NCBI RefSeq assembly: GCF_000400465.1
Contig: NW_008806274.1
Span: forward strand, 600,244-632,243
Source: Wallemia ichthyophaga EXF-994
Taxonomy: Eukaryota; Fungi; Basidiomycota
Length of the DNA: 32,000 bases
Reading direction: 5' to 3'
The position numbers and the translations under genes are program-made. The notes under the pieces are model-generated. The model was not told the origin of the DNA and made no database searches. It saw only the letters and a list, made by a program, of their open reading frames with translations. Shown piece after piece: positions 21,738 through 31,859 of this stretch; within the stretch, counting starts at the first letter, position 1, and the number at the start of each line of letters is the position of its first letter.

Positions 21738-23886
21738 CTACTCTTCGTGATGATCTGAGATGTTGTCGTTTGACATAAGTCTCTGACGGCTTGCATTCCC
21801 TGCTTCCTGTTGACCATTGAGACTGGCGTAAGTTGGTGGCAATTCAGATTGTTGATGTGCGTTGTGCTCTGAAGTCAAAGGTCCACCGTCTAAGTGCTGC
21901 ATTATATCATCCTGATTTGAAACAGCAAATTGAGGTTGTCTTGACTTGATCATTGGCTCGGCGTCAGGATCTGAAGTGTCTATACCGCCGTAAGCTGCAT
22001 CTGTAGGATCAGACCCTGAGTGGTGTGAGCGTGAAGATGGCGGCATTCCCCTCGAGTTGTTGGAACTGACTGCTCTACCTCCCGTCGCAGCACCACCGGC
22101 CGCAGCTGCAACGCCCGCGTTGTGAGCTGCTTCGTGACCTTCCTGTTCTGTTATAGGGTTAAGACCAGCTTCCCTGAATTTAGACACTGCTGCATTGTTT
22201 GAACCGCTGGAGTTTTGCGATTGAGCCATACCAGCAGCTGGTACAGCGAATGGACCACCCGAATGACTATCGAATGAATCAAACGCAGTGGAGTGATGAG
22301 GTGATGTTGCTTCCTCAGCTTCATCTCTTGTCATCGGTAAGATAGGACCACCTGGACGTTGTGACATGTTATTCGATGATCCACCGTAAAATGGTGTTGG
22401 TTGGTCTGATGGTCCAGCTGAGCTATCCTCGTTGCCTCTATCAGGCGAAAAAATAGCATCACCCATGTTTGGCTCCATCTGACTTGTGTTAGAGTATTAA
22501 AAGAGATGTAATGTTACCAACCTGGTTTTTCTTTTTGCGTCTGATCATGAAGACTGCTAATGCAATTAGTGCAAGAACAATAGCACCACCGACCTAATCG
22601 CAATCAGCTTAAGTCATGTCAAAAGGATGGATACTCACCGCTCCACCAACGGCACCACCAATCGTACCGGCATTAGTACTGTCGCTACTATCGGCCTGAA
22701 CGGGAACGCCTGACCAGCTAACAGTAACAGTGGTGGCAGAACCTTGTTCATCAGTCGAGGTAGAGAGGATCTATGATCTAGTCAGAAAATTTTCGCTCAA
22801 GCCAAGTCGACTACGAACAGGTGTAGAAGATGTCGATAGCGAGGAAGAAGAAGAAGACGGAGAGGAAGAGGAAGAATCGGAAGAGTTGGAAGAACTAGAG
22901 GGAGTCGTGTCAGTCGTGCTATCATAGACGGGGGTGGAGGTGGAGGTAGAAGTGGGTGAGGATGACGATGTACTTGAGCTCGTACTCGAAGTCCATGGAG
23001 CATAATCCGAGCTCGTACTCGTGCTACTCGAAGTCCAAGGAGCATAGTCTGAGCTCGAGCTAGTGCTACTCGAAGTCCAAGGAGCATAAGTCGAGCTCGA
23101 ACTAGTGCTACTTGAAGTCCAAGGAGCATAAGTCGAGCTCGAACTTGTCCCTGTACTCGAAGTAGGCGCATCAGAGGAGCTCGTACTTGTCCTTGTACTA
23201 GAAGAGTCAGTACTGGAAGTACTGGAGCTCGTGGACGACGTATTCGGAGCGCTGGAAGTACTTGTGTCAGAGGATTGGGCAGGATAGGTGGTAGAGGTAG
23301 AGGAAGGAGCAACTGACGTTTGTGAGCTGGATGAAGAGTCTGGCTGTGAGCTTGAGGATGGGTTTGAGCTGGATGAGCTGGAGGTGGGGCTGCTTGATGA
23401 GCTGCTGCTGCTGTTGCTACTGCTGCTGCTACTCGAGCCCGGATTTGTGGAAGAGCTGGGGCTTGAGGAGCTTGTACTAGAGCTAGAATCTTGGCTGGAG
23501 CTAGAGCTGCTGCTAGAGCTCGTCGGACTGGAGGAGCTGCTGCTAGTGGGGCTGGAGCTGGAGCTAGAGCTGCTGCTGCTATTGCTACTGCTACTGCTAC
23601 TGCTACTGCTATTGCTACTGCTAGTGGTGGGGGATGAGCTAGATGAGCTTGAACCGTCTGAACTGGAGCTGGAGCTAGTCGGGGATGAGCTAGATGAGCT
23701 TGAGCCATCTGAACTAGAGCTGGAGCTAGTCGGGGATGAGCTCGAGTCTGAGCTGGAGCTACCGGAACTGGATGAGGTTGGAGATGAACTGGAGCTGGAG
23801 CTGCTGCCTGAGCCCGAGCCCGATGTGCTGCTCTGTGTTGGTGAAGACGCGGAGCTAGAAGCATCGCCCGTTGCAGTTGAAGACAT
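21738..23886 (-). CDS. Ser/Thr-rich single-pass membrane protein (Mid2/Wsc/Skg6-like cell-wall sensor architecture), about 670 aa; introns 22771-22818, 22594-22638, 22479-22521
   Basis: About 390 aa Ser/Thr-rich region, TM helix IGGAVGGAVGGAIVLALIALAVFMI followed by RRKKK, then a 246-aa low-complexity tail. All junctions are phase 0 GT-AG. Confidence 0.8.
22982..23149. repeat. Coding tandem repeat, 42 nt x 4, encoding about SSSS(T/D)YAPWTSSST
   Basis: Core GAAGTCCA(A/T)GGAGCATA recurs with units starting at 22982, 23024, 23066 and 23108. Confidence 0.9.
23630..23760. repeat. Coding tandem repeat, 51-nt period (about 2.5 copies), encoding SSSSSSDGSSSSSSSPT-like units; adjoins a (CTACTG)n tract at about 23575-23625
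   Basis: GGGGATGAGCT starts at 23630, 23681 and 23732. Confidence 0.8.
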
Positions 23887-24153
23887 TTACGTGTTTTACG
23901 CGGCTGTTTTGCCTTACAGAGTTATTTATATTTGTAGGTTGTTGGGTGTGGTGGTAAACGTAGAAGCTGTGCACGGAATCGATCAAATTGGATTTATGTG
24001 GATTTCAAGTAGAATCACGCAGCTCAAACTGTAATATGAAATCAGTCATTATCCACCACTCGATCGAGATCCACCTCCTTGGCCGCTTCTAGAACTGCGC
24101 CCTTTTACCCCCGTCTATTAGCACATCAACAAGATCGATTTCATGTACAAAAT

Positions 24154-26046
24154 CTATAATTTTCCATATCTCTTGGCTATATATGCTGCTACTCCCACTA
24201 CTGCCGTCGCTTTAACTCCTGTTCTCGCTAATTTGCCTATCCCGGCGAACATGGACTCGTGACCCGGTTTGGCAAAGTCAATTGGCTTGCGAAGCGCCTT
24301 GGTCAGGTATTTCAGCTTCTTTTCGCTGTATGGTGGGTATCTCTTGGTGTAAAGGAACTCCAACCATGTCTTGCTTCTTAATATAGCTCTCTCATACGTA
24401 AACACATCAAAAGTGCGTTTGCCGTGGTAACTACCGTGTCCTGCTCCTCCTACTCCTCCGAATGGCAGTTCCTCTGTACCTACTTGAATAAGTGCATCAT
24501 TTTGGACAGCAGACCCTGAAAGCGTGCCTTGGAAGATTTTCTCGCGAACCTGATCACTTTGCGTGTAGACATACAGCGCCAGTGGGTGGTCGCGGCTCCT
24601 GATGAAGTTCACAGCTGCATCCATTGATGGTACCGTCACGATCGGCAGGATTGGTGCGAATAGTTCATCCTTCATCAATGCGTCATCTGCTTTGACGTTT
24701 TTGACAATTGAAAGGGCCACGAACCTATCTGAAGCATCACTATCACCACCGATAACAATGTCACCCTTTGTGTCCTTAAGGAGACCTGTTACTCGTCCAA
24801 AGTGGCGGTCGTTGATGATACGTCCGAAAGATTTTGAGTTGCGAATACCCTCAGGGTAGAATTGCTTATAAACCTAGATGAATGTCAGTCTTTCATCGTG
24901 ACTTTGGTCTGTCTGTCTTACTCTTTTAAAGCCTTCAACCAATCTCTCTTGCATGTCAGGTGTGCAGAGAACATAGTCTGGCGCTACACACGTCTGACCA
25001 GCGTTTGTTGCCTTGGCCCATAACAGTCGTTGAGTAATGACATCCAAATTCGCATCATCTGCCACCACTGCTGGTGATTTACCACCGAGCTCGAGAGTGG
25101 TTGGAGTCAAGTGCTCAGCCGCAGCGTGTTGCACAATCCTACCCACGGTACCATTACCTGTGTACAAAATATGACCGAATCTCTGCTTCAAGAGGGCTGT
25201 TGTTTCAGGGACGGCACCGTTGACAACGCGAACAACCTTTGGATCAAGGTACTTGTGAAGGAGGTAGGTGAGAGTAGCTGAAAAGTTCTCTGAAAGCTCC
25301 GACGTCTTGATCATTACAGGCGATCCACTCGCGATAGCTCCAATTACAGGTTCGATTGTAAGAAGTAAGGGGTAGTTCCATGGTGATATCACGCATGCAA
25401 CACCTTTGCTTTCTCTCCTGACTTGAGGGCCGAGCATGTTGGTAGGGAATTTTGCAGAGACGCTTTGAGGAGCTGCCCACTTGTGAACATTGTGCACAGC
25501 GCCGATACAGCTGTTTATGCAGTTGAAAATCTCAGTCATGTAGGCTTCTTGTCTACGCTTGCCCAAATCAGCCTCGAGAGCTTCCTGAATCATGTCAGAG
25601 TTCTCTTCGAACATGTAGGCCAAGTTCTTGAGTGTCTCAACACGCTTCTTAATGTCGACCGTGTAGCCTTCTCTGAAAGACTTTTCAAGTTCGTCATGAA
25701 TCTGGCAGCGAGTTAGTTGTATTGTCAAGTGCGCCCTGGCTAGATTCTCTGGCCGACGAAAAAGGCAACCGACTGGCTATGATCGATGATGAAATGAGTA
25801 ACCCTAACCCCAATTAAGCATTGACACGCGGACGTGCGGGGGTTGATCAGAAATCTATAAACGGGCAGAAAAAGCGGAGATATATGAAAGTGTTCTTCTA
25901 GACCCTCTAGCTCCGATCGAAGAAGACCAATTTCCAGGGTTGTCGGCTGCTTTCGCATGGAGCTAACGAGGCACAGGAATGAGCCAGAGGAGAACAGAGC
26001 TCACCTTTACAATATCTGGAATAGAAGTGTACTCTAATTTTGTCAT
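24154..26046 (-). CDS. Class 3 (fatty/long-chain) aldehyde dehydrogenase, Hfd1/ALDH3-like; 14-codon exon 1 (26005-26046), 303-nt intron 1 (25702-26004), intron 2 near 24874-24921
   Basis: MTKLEYTSIPDIVK|IHDELEKSFREG, ISPWNYP, LELGGKSP (catalytic Glu), NAGQTCVAPDY (catalytic Cys), PFGGVG, C-terminal hydrophobic anchor. Confidence 0.92.
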
Positions 26047-26784
26047 GATGATGATGGTCGAGCGAGTTAACGGAGCTTTTAGGACGATGACGAAAAGTCT
26101 CATTTCGGCAAAACTAAAACTAAAATCCAAATTAATAAAGGGATTTCAGGGCCAAAATTAAATCGTAATAGTAAGCAACGTAAATCTCATTTGAATTGTC
26201 TTCCTATTGATCTGCTTTACCGGATTCAGATGATGGATTTCAAAGCATTTCAGTCGGCAGAGTGGATACGAGGGTGATTTAAAGATGAAGACACGCTTGC
26301 ATGAATACTGAGGTGTTCTATATCAATCAAATTGCAAAAATCCCATCAGTCTTGGTTCAATAGTTGTACAATGCGAACTGTCCCAATTTAAGTAGAATGA
26401 TCCATTTGAATCTTGCATTATCATCATCCGATCACGCTTAGTTATATTCACTGGGATTTTATTTTTGCCTTATTTCGCTGCTCTTCGCATCCTCAATTAT
26501 ATTACGTAAACCGAAGGTAAAGTTCACACTCGACACTCGACATTACATTAAGATACATGAAGAAATTGTAGAATTACAGATGATGATGACGAGATCTGAA
26601 TATATTATTAAGACGATACATGATTAAACTGCGTCCATCAATACTTCTTAAAGCATGAGAAGTCAAAGGGGTTGCTAAGTTTAATGTAAGCTTTTCTTGA
26701 GCTTGGAAAATAACAAAGGTAAATCGTAATTTTAGCTGAGAACATTTTAAGAATCTAACTTAAAAGATATTAAGATTTATCAGA

Positions 26785-26858
26785 TCTCCGATGGCGCAAT
26801 TGGCTAGCGCGTCCGACTGTTAATCGGGAGGTTGGTGGTTCGAGCCCACCTCGGAGAG
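26785..26858 (+). tRNA. tRNA-Asn: tRNA-Asn (anticodon GTT), no intron
   Basis: Acceptor stem TCTCCGA/TCGGAGA, D arm GCGC/GCGC with TGG, anticodon arm TCCGA-CTGTTAA-TCGGG, T loop TTCGAG, discriminator G, TTTT run just downstream. Confidence 0.96.
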
Positions 26859-27114
26859 ATATACTTTTGCCATTCATTTGACAAATTTTTAATCTTTCAT
26901 TATTTTTTCTTTCTAGTTTGGCAGGATGTAATTGTAGCGACTAACGTTATAGAATTATTGAAAGTACTACCCTTACCTGCCAGAAGTACTTCGAGGATAC
27001 AAGGCCACGCAGCTGCAACCTGCGCTTAATATAGTTGAAATGATGTAAATACGAATGGAATCATTACACCTATTTACCTATTGCTCCTCCAGCCACCGCA
27101 AAAACCTAATCTCG

Positions 27115-27124
27115 ATGACGTCAT
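27115..27124. promoter_or_regulatory. Perfect palindromic CRE (ATF/CREB site) upstream of the aldo-keto reductase
   Basis: ATGACGTCAT, about 60 nt upstream of ATG 27184. Function is inferred from the motif only. Confidence 0.55.
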
Positions 27125-27183
27125 TGAGCTATCCAATCCAATTAATCAGGTGAACGTTCCTCCATCTAAACAATCAAGTCGAA

Positions 27184-28150
27184 ATGTCGCGCAATCTGTC
27201 TACTCCAATCTCGCTCGCCGATGGCGCTAAGCATCCTATTCTCGGACTTGGAACGTATTTGCTCAAAGACTCGAGTGCTATCAGCAGTGCAATCAAAAAT
27301 GGCTACCGCTGCCTAGATACAGCGTGCTATTATCGCAACCACAGTGCATTTGGCGCCGGTGTGCATGACTCTGGTGTCCCACGCTCAGAACTGTTTCTCA
27401 TCACTAAGGTCGATCCGTGGACAGGTGCGATCAACAACGCGAGAACATCTATTCTCAAGTCTCTCACTGAAGCGAAGCTAGATTACTGGGATCTAGGTGG
27501 GTTAGGTGTGCTCTTAAAGTCACGCTAAACATCAGACAGTGCTCATTCACTCACCTGAATCTGGCTCTAAGATTCGCATGAAAGCCTACGAGGAGCTGTC
27601 TACGTTGGTGGACGAGGGTAAAATTCGTTCTTTGGGTGTCTCAAATTATGGAAAACACCACATTAACGAGCTGTTGGCTTCAAATCCACGTCACAAGCCT
27701 GTCGTCAACCAAATCGAAATACACCCCTTCCATGCTCGTAGGTGGGATAGATGTTTGCGTGTTTACGTGCTGATCTGTATTCAGAACAGGAGTTGGCAGA
27801 TTACTGCAAGAGCAAGGGTATACTGGTGCAGGGGTACTGTCCACTTGCTAGGAAGTACCACTTGAAAGATGCCACTCTTAACTCAGTTGCCGAGAAGTAC
27901 CATACAACCGCGGCGAATGTCATGTTAGGGTGGTCTATTGCAAAGGGCTACGTGCCATTACCAAAGGTGCGCTAGTATATGGTATTAATTCGCTTCTAAT
28001 CACCCCAAATAGTCTGGTAACGTTGATAGACAAAATGAGAACGCCAAATCGATCAATATCAACATCTCAAGCGAGGATGTCAATACTTTGGACGGCCTTG
28101 ACGCTCAATCTTCAGCAGACAGCCAATGGACTGTGCAAAACGGACCTTGA
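27184..28150 (+). CDS. Aldo-keto reductase (Gcy1/Ypr1/YJR096W-like); 3 introns (first 27497-27539)
   Basis: LGLGTY, GYRCLDTACYY (Asp/Tyr), LFLITKV (Lys), LIHSP (His), IRSLGVSNY, NQIEIHP, QGYCPL, VPLPKS. Confidence 0.92.
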
Positions 28151-28295
28151 ATTCTCACTTGCTGCTGACGTACTCAAGTCACTTTGATAAAATGTATGAG
28201 ATTAGTGTAATGATAAATTGGAATGTATTTTGGCCATATGCTCATCTTAATTTCTCAAGCCACAACAATAATATCTTTGATTACGTACCTTCAAC

Positions 28296-29208
28296 ATGTC
28301 AGATTCGTACAGTTTCTCGCTCACAACATTTTCTCCTTCAGGTGTGTGTATAACTGTGGCTGAAAGTTCTTGAGGAAATACAAACCCACTGGTGGCTGCA
28401 AGTTTCGATCGACACCCAGCTAACACGTTTGAAGGACAACTGAAGCAAGTAGATCATGCATTGGCTGCAGTAGCGCAAGGTACAACGAGTTTAGGTGTAA
28501 AAGGTGTGTAGCTCGTAGTTTCGTACTCTCGCCCGCTCACTTACAATTACAGCCTCAAATGGAGTCGTAATCGCAACGGAGAAGAAGCAGCCAAGTCCAT
28601 TGGTTGACGATAGCATGCTTGAAAAAGTGGCCCTGATTTGTCCAACGATTGGATGCGTTTACTCTGGAATGGGACCAGATTTCCGTCAGTTAGTCACTGC
28701 AGCTAGGAAATCAGCTCAGGCTTATTGGAAAATGTTCAACGAATACCCGCCTACACGCGTGATGGTTGGTGAAATAGCTTCAATTATGCAAGGAGCTACG
28801 CAGAAGGGTGGTATGAGACCGTATGGTTGTTCATTGCTCGTTGCTGGTTATGATAAGACACGCGGCTCGTCGCTTTACCAAGTGGATCCATCTGGATCTT
28901 ATTGGGCGTGGAAAGCATCGGCGATGGGTAAGAATATGGTCAACGCCAAAACATTCTTAGAGAAGAGATACAATGAAGACATTTCGCTTGAGGACGCTAT
29001 ACACACGTCGCTACTGACTCTCAAAGAAGGCTTTGAAGGTCAGATGACAGAGAAGACTGTCGATATTGGTATTATACACATTCCAAGCGAGTGGGATACC
29101 AAGAATCCACCTGAAGCTTTGGCCGGTGACAAAGCGGGCCATTTGCCTGGAATGCCGGCATTTAGAAAATTGAGTGAAGAAGAAATTAAAGACCACCTCA
29201 CATTGTAA
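28296..29208 (+). CDS. PRE8: 20S proteasome subunit alpha-2; intron 1 28342-28434 (93 nt), intron 2 near 28505-28551
   Basis: MSDSYSFSLTTFSPSGQLKQVDHAL, VYSGMGPDFR, ATQKGGMRPYGCSLL, YQVDPSGSYWAWKASAMGK. Confidence 0.96.
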
Positions 29209-29255
29209 TTGAATTTAATGTTCCATTTCTCACAATCACATTCACAATCACTGCC

Positions 29256-31806
29256 ATGGACGCGGAGGCTATCCACTCGCAGAAGAAGCTCATTGAAGCG
29301 CTCAACGGCGACGGCAGCGAGGCAGGGCAGATATTACATCTAGCCAGCAGCATCGGTGACGTTGCCTGGCTCAAGTCTTTAGCTCTCAGTGTCGTGTGCT
29401 TCTCATTCGAAGTGCAAACGGCGATCGTCGATGAAGCTATTGCAAAAATCGACGGAGACCACGAATTGCAAGAAAGGCGCTATAGGCTGGACACATACAC
29501 TCTACTTACGTCTTCGTCGCAAATAGACGAGGACGAGGACGACGATCCTTGGAAGGATGACGAGGATGTAGAAACAGCGGAGGAACAACGGCAACCGCTA
29601 GATTTGTCTCGTTTTCTACTATCGCCAGTGCAACACACCTCCCTTGAATTAGCTGCGAGAGGTGAAATTGCCAGACTTAATACATTCATCGATAGATATC
29701 CCAGCATACTCAGCGATAGCCGGTATGCAATCTTAGAAGCCATACCTGTCAGTATACCTCCAACAGGATACCTCAATATCCTACCATCGGACGAGAGCAC
29801 GTCGAATTGGTACATATCCCGCGCAATCAAAATGGATGCTGTTGGCAGACAACTCGACAATGCACTGTCGCTAATTCAGCATGGCGCAGCACGTGGTGTG
29901 CTGGGGCTGGATAGGATTGGAGAAGATCTTGTACTTCTACTCAAAATGGCAGAGTGCAATCACAACGTAGGGTTACTAGAATTCCAGGAAATGTCCTATG
30001 AGGACTCAGTAAAAGCATACCTGGCTGGAAGCAGTCCTCAGGATTTTCCAACAAGGATCAAGAATGCACTTCTGCCCTATCTTTACGTTCTGGAGTCGCG
30101 GAATGAAAGACAAACAGGAGTAACCGATACCGAACTCCACGAGAGATTGCTTATCAATATTATACTCGCCGTTGAAATGGATTCGGTTTTGAGCTTGATA
30201 GAAGCTAGCAGACCTGATTTGAGTATTAGCGAGAGGGTGATTAAGGACGACAAACTACTGGTTGCAATATCTCTAACTCTGCTCTATACAACAACACGCA
30301 CTGACATTATCGACACTATTCAAAGAGTCTTCGAATGTATGCCTGCTTGGGAAGGTGGTTTGAGTTGCAGGGTGAGAGATGTCACAGATTTCACGAATGA
30401 AGGTCGTGCAGAGGTCGTACAAAGATTCAAGGCTCTCGATGTATCACAACTTGGCTCACTTCTCGATCATTTAGACATACACATTGAATCGATGGAGATC
30501 TTGGCTAGATGGTCAATCAACGTAACCCTATCGAGAATCGAGTTGTGTGATTACGAACAACAACTGACATGGGCGAGGATGTTGACGCGTAGAAGCGTGG
30601 GTACTTTAGGAGAAAATATCGAGAGTGGATCAGAATGGGAAGCGTTGCTAGATGACATGGTCAAGCTGTCGAACAGTGATGATGGCAGAGCGCTTGGGCT
30701 GTTAGAGCGGGATATTGTCGTTAGGATTTTCTTTAGTGGTCTACTGAATTCTGCGAGTGGGTTTGCATCTTGATGGTACAAAATGTGTTTCTAACAGAAG
30801 CATAGAATTTGAACTAGCCAGAGAGCTCCTGTCTTCTCCAGACTCATTGCTGTCATCTCTTGATAGAAATTTAGTGAACGAAATAGTGTTGGAAACATCC
30901 CAAGAATTCTTCGATAATGCGACAGACGGAAATATCAATTACGGATACATGAGGCTATCTAAGGAAGTTTTAGAAGTAGGTGCTCAGAATGCACGTGATG
31001 TTAACTCTCGCAAAGAGTTTATACTTGCAACATCGAGACTCTGCTCATTCAACCTGGTAAACGTTCAAGGTGTTTACATAACACCGCTCGAAGTCAGACT
31101 GGAGGGTGATAAGTTGGTGTTTATTGACCAGTTGTTGAGTACACACAGGGATGCGTATCAGCATCCCGCCAGAATTATGGCGCTGGCTGAAGGTCTCGAC
31201 AGCAGTCTGAAAGACAACACCAAACGTCAAGTGGAGGTTTTAGGGAGGGTAATAGATGCTGCTATCAGATATGAAGACTATGAGCAAGCTTTTAGCGTTA
31301 CGCAGACTGACGATTACCAACAAAAGCTGACGTTCGGTGAAGACGAAGAAGACAGACGATGGGTGTCATTCTACAAACTGGGCGTGGAGATCAGATGGTC
31401 GTCAGTCTCTAACAGGCTGGATTGTTTGGCTCAAGCTATGCGGTTGTGTCCTCATCGGAGACTGCATGATGTTTTATCAAAGTGGAAAGAATTGGAAGAG
31501 AGCAAAGATAGGATAGTACCAATGGAGAAGAAGGAGGGAACGGTGAAAGATGCAAGTGGGGTACTCGCCTCGATTGTTCGCCCAACGACAATCGAAACAC
31601 AAACACGTCATTTGCTATCAGGTGGGTTGAGAAGATTGAAGAGTGTATCAGCAGGATCGCCGGGTGTTTCGTCGCAAGGGATGTCATCATCAAGCAATTC
31701 GCAGAGCCATTCTCAACCACAAGCCCATCCACACCAAACATTTGGTCTGGGGTTGGAGGAGAAGTTAACGCGCGGAGTGGGTTGGCTGATCGGGGCAGAA
31801 GAGTAG
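29256..31806 (+). CDS. SEC39: Sec39/NBAS-family subunit of the Dsl1 (NRZ) ER tethering complex; one intron near 30765-30815
   Basis: Alpha-helical protein of about 830 aa with YAILEAIP.SIPP..Y..ILP, WY..RA..MD, LSLIQHG, FFSGLL..|KFELA, QEFFDNATDGN...M, ATSRL..F, PLEVRL, as in fungal Sec39 proteins. Assigned from memory of the family, no search run. Confidence 0.75.
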
Positions 31807-31859
31807 GCGCAGCTTTGTAGAAAAGATAAAGAAATGTATTTTAAGATTGAAATCGATAT

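Noticed and set aside
22797-24034. Long alternative-frame (22797-23864, minus) and antisense (23288-24034, plus, Leu/Glu-rich) ORFs
   Set aside because: Shadow ORFs expected from AGC/TCN-rich low-complexity Ser codons; no family motifs and no ATG start with credible context.
25702-26004. TPP riboswitch, SRP RNA, RNase P/MRP or C/D snoRNA identity for the long ALDH intron
   Set aside because: Diagnostic motifs are missing or partial: no CUGAGA/CCUGAU pair, no CAGG before the GAAA-AGCAG, no CR-V, no box C or D inside the terminal stem.
26557-26626. GATGACGAG followed by atCTGA, complementary to the 25S rRNA segment around yeast Gm2288 (snR75-like C/D guide)
   Set aside because: Only 9 bp, the D+5 rule points to the neighbouring C rather than the G, the only good box C overlaps the guide, no terminal stem, and it lies in a (GAT)n low-complexity run. 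A snoscan run would settle it.
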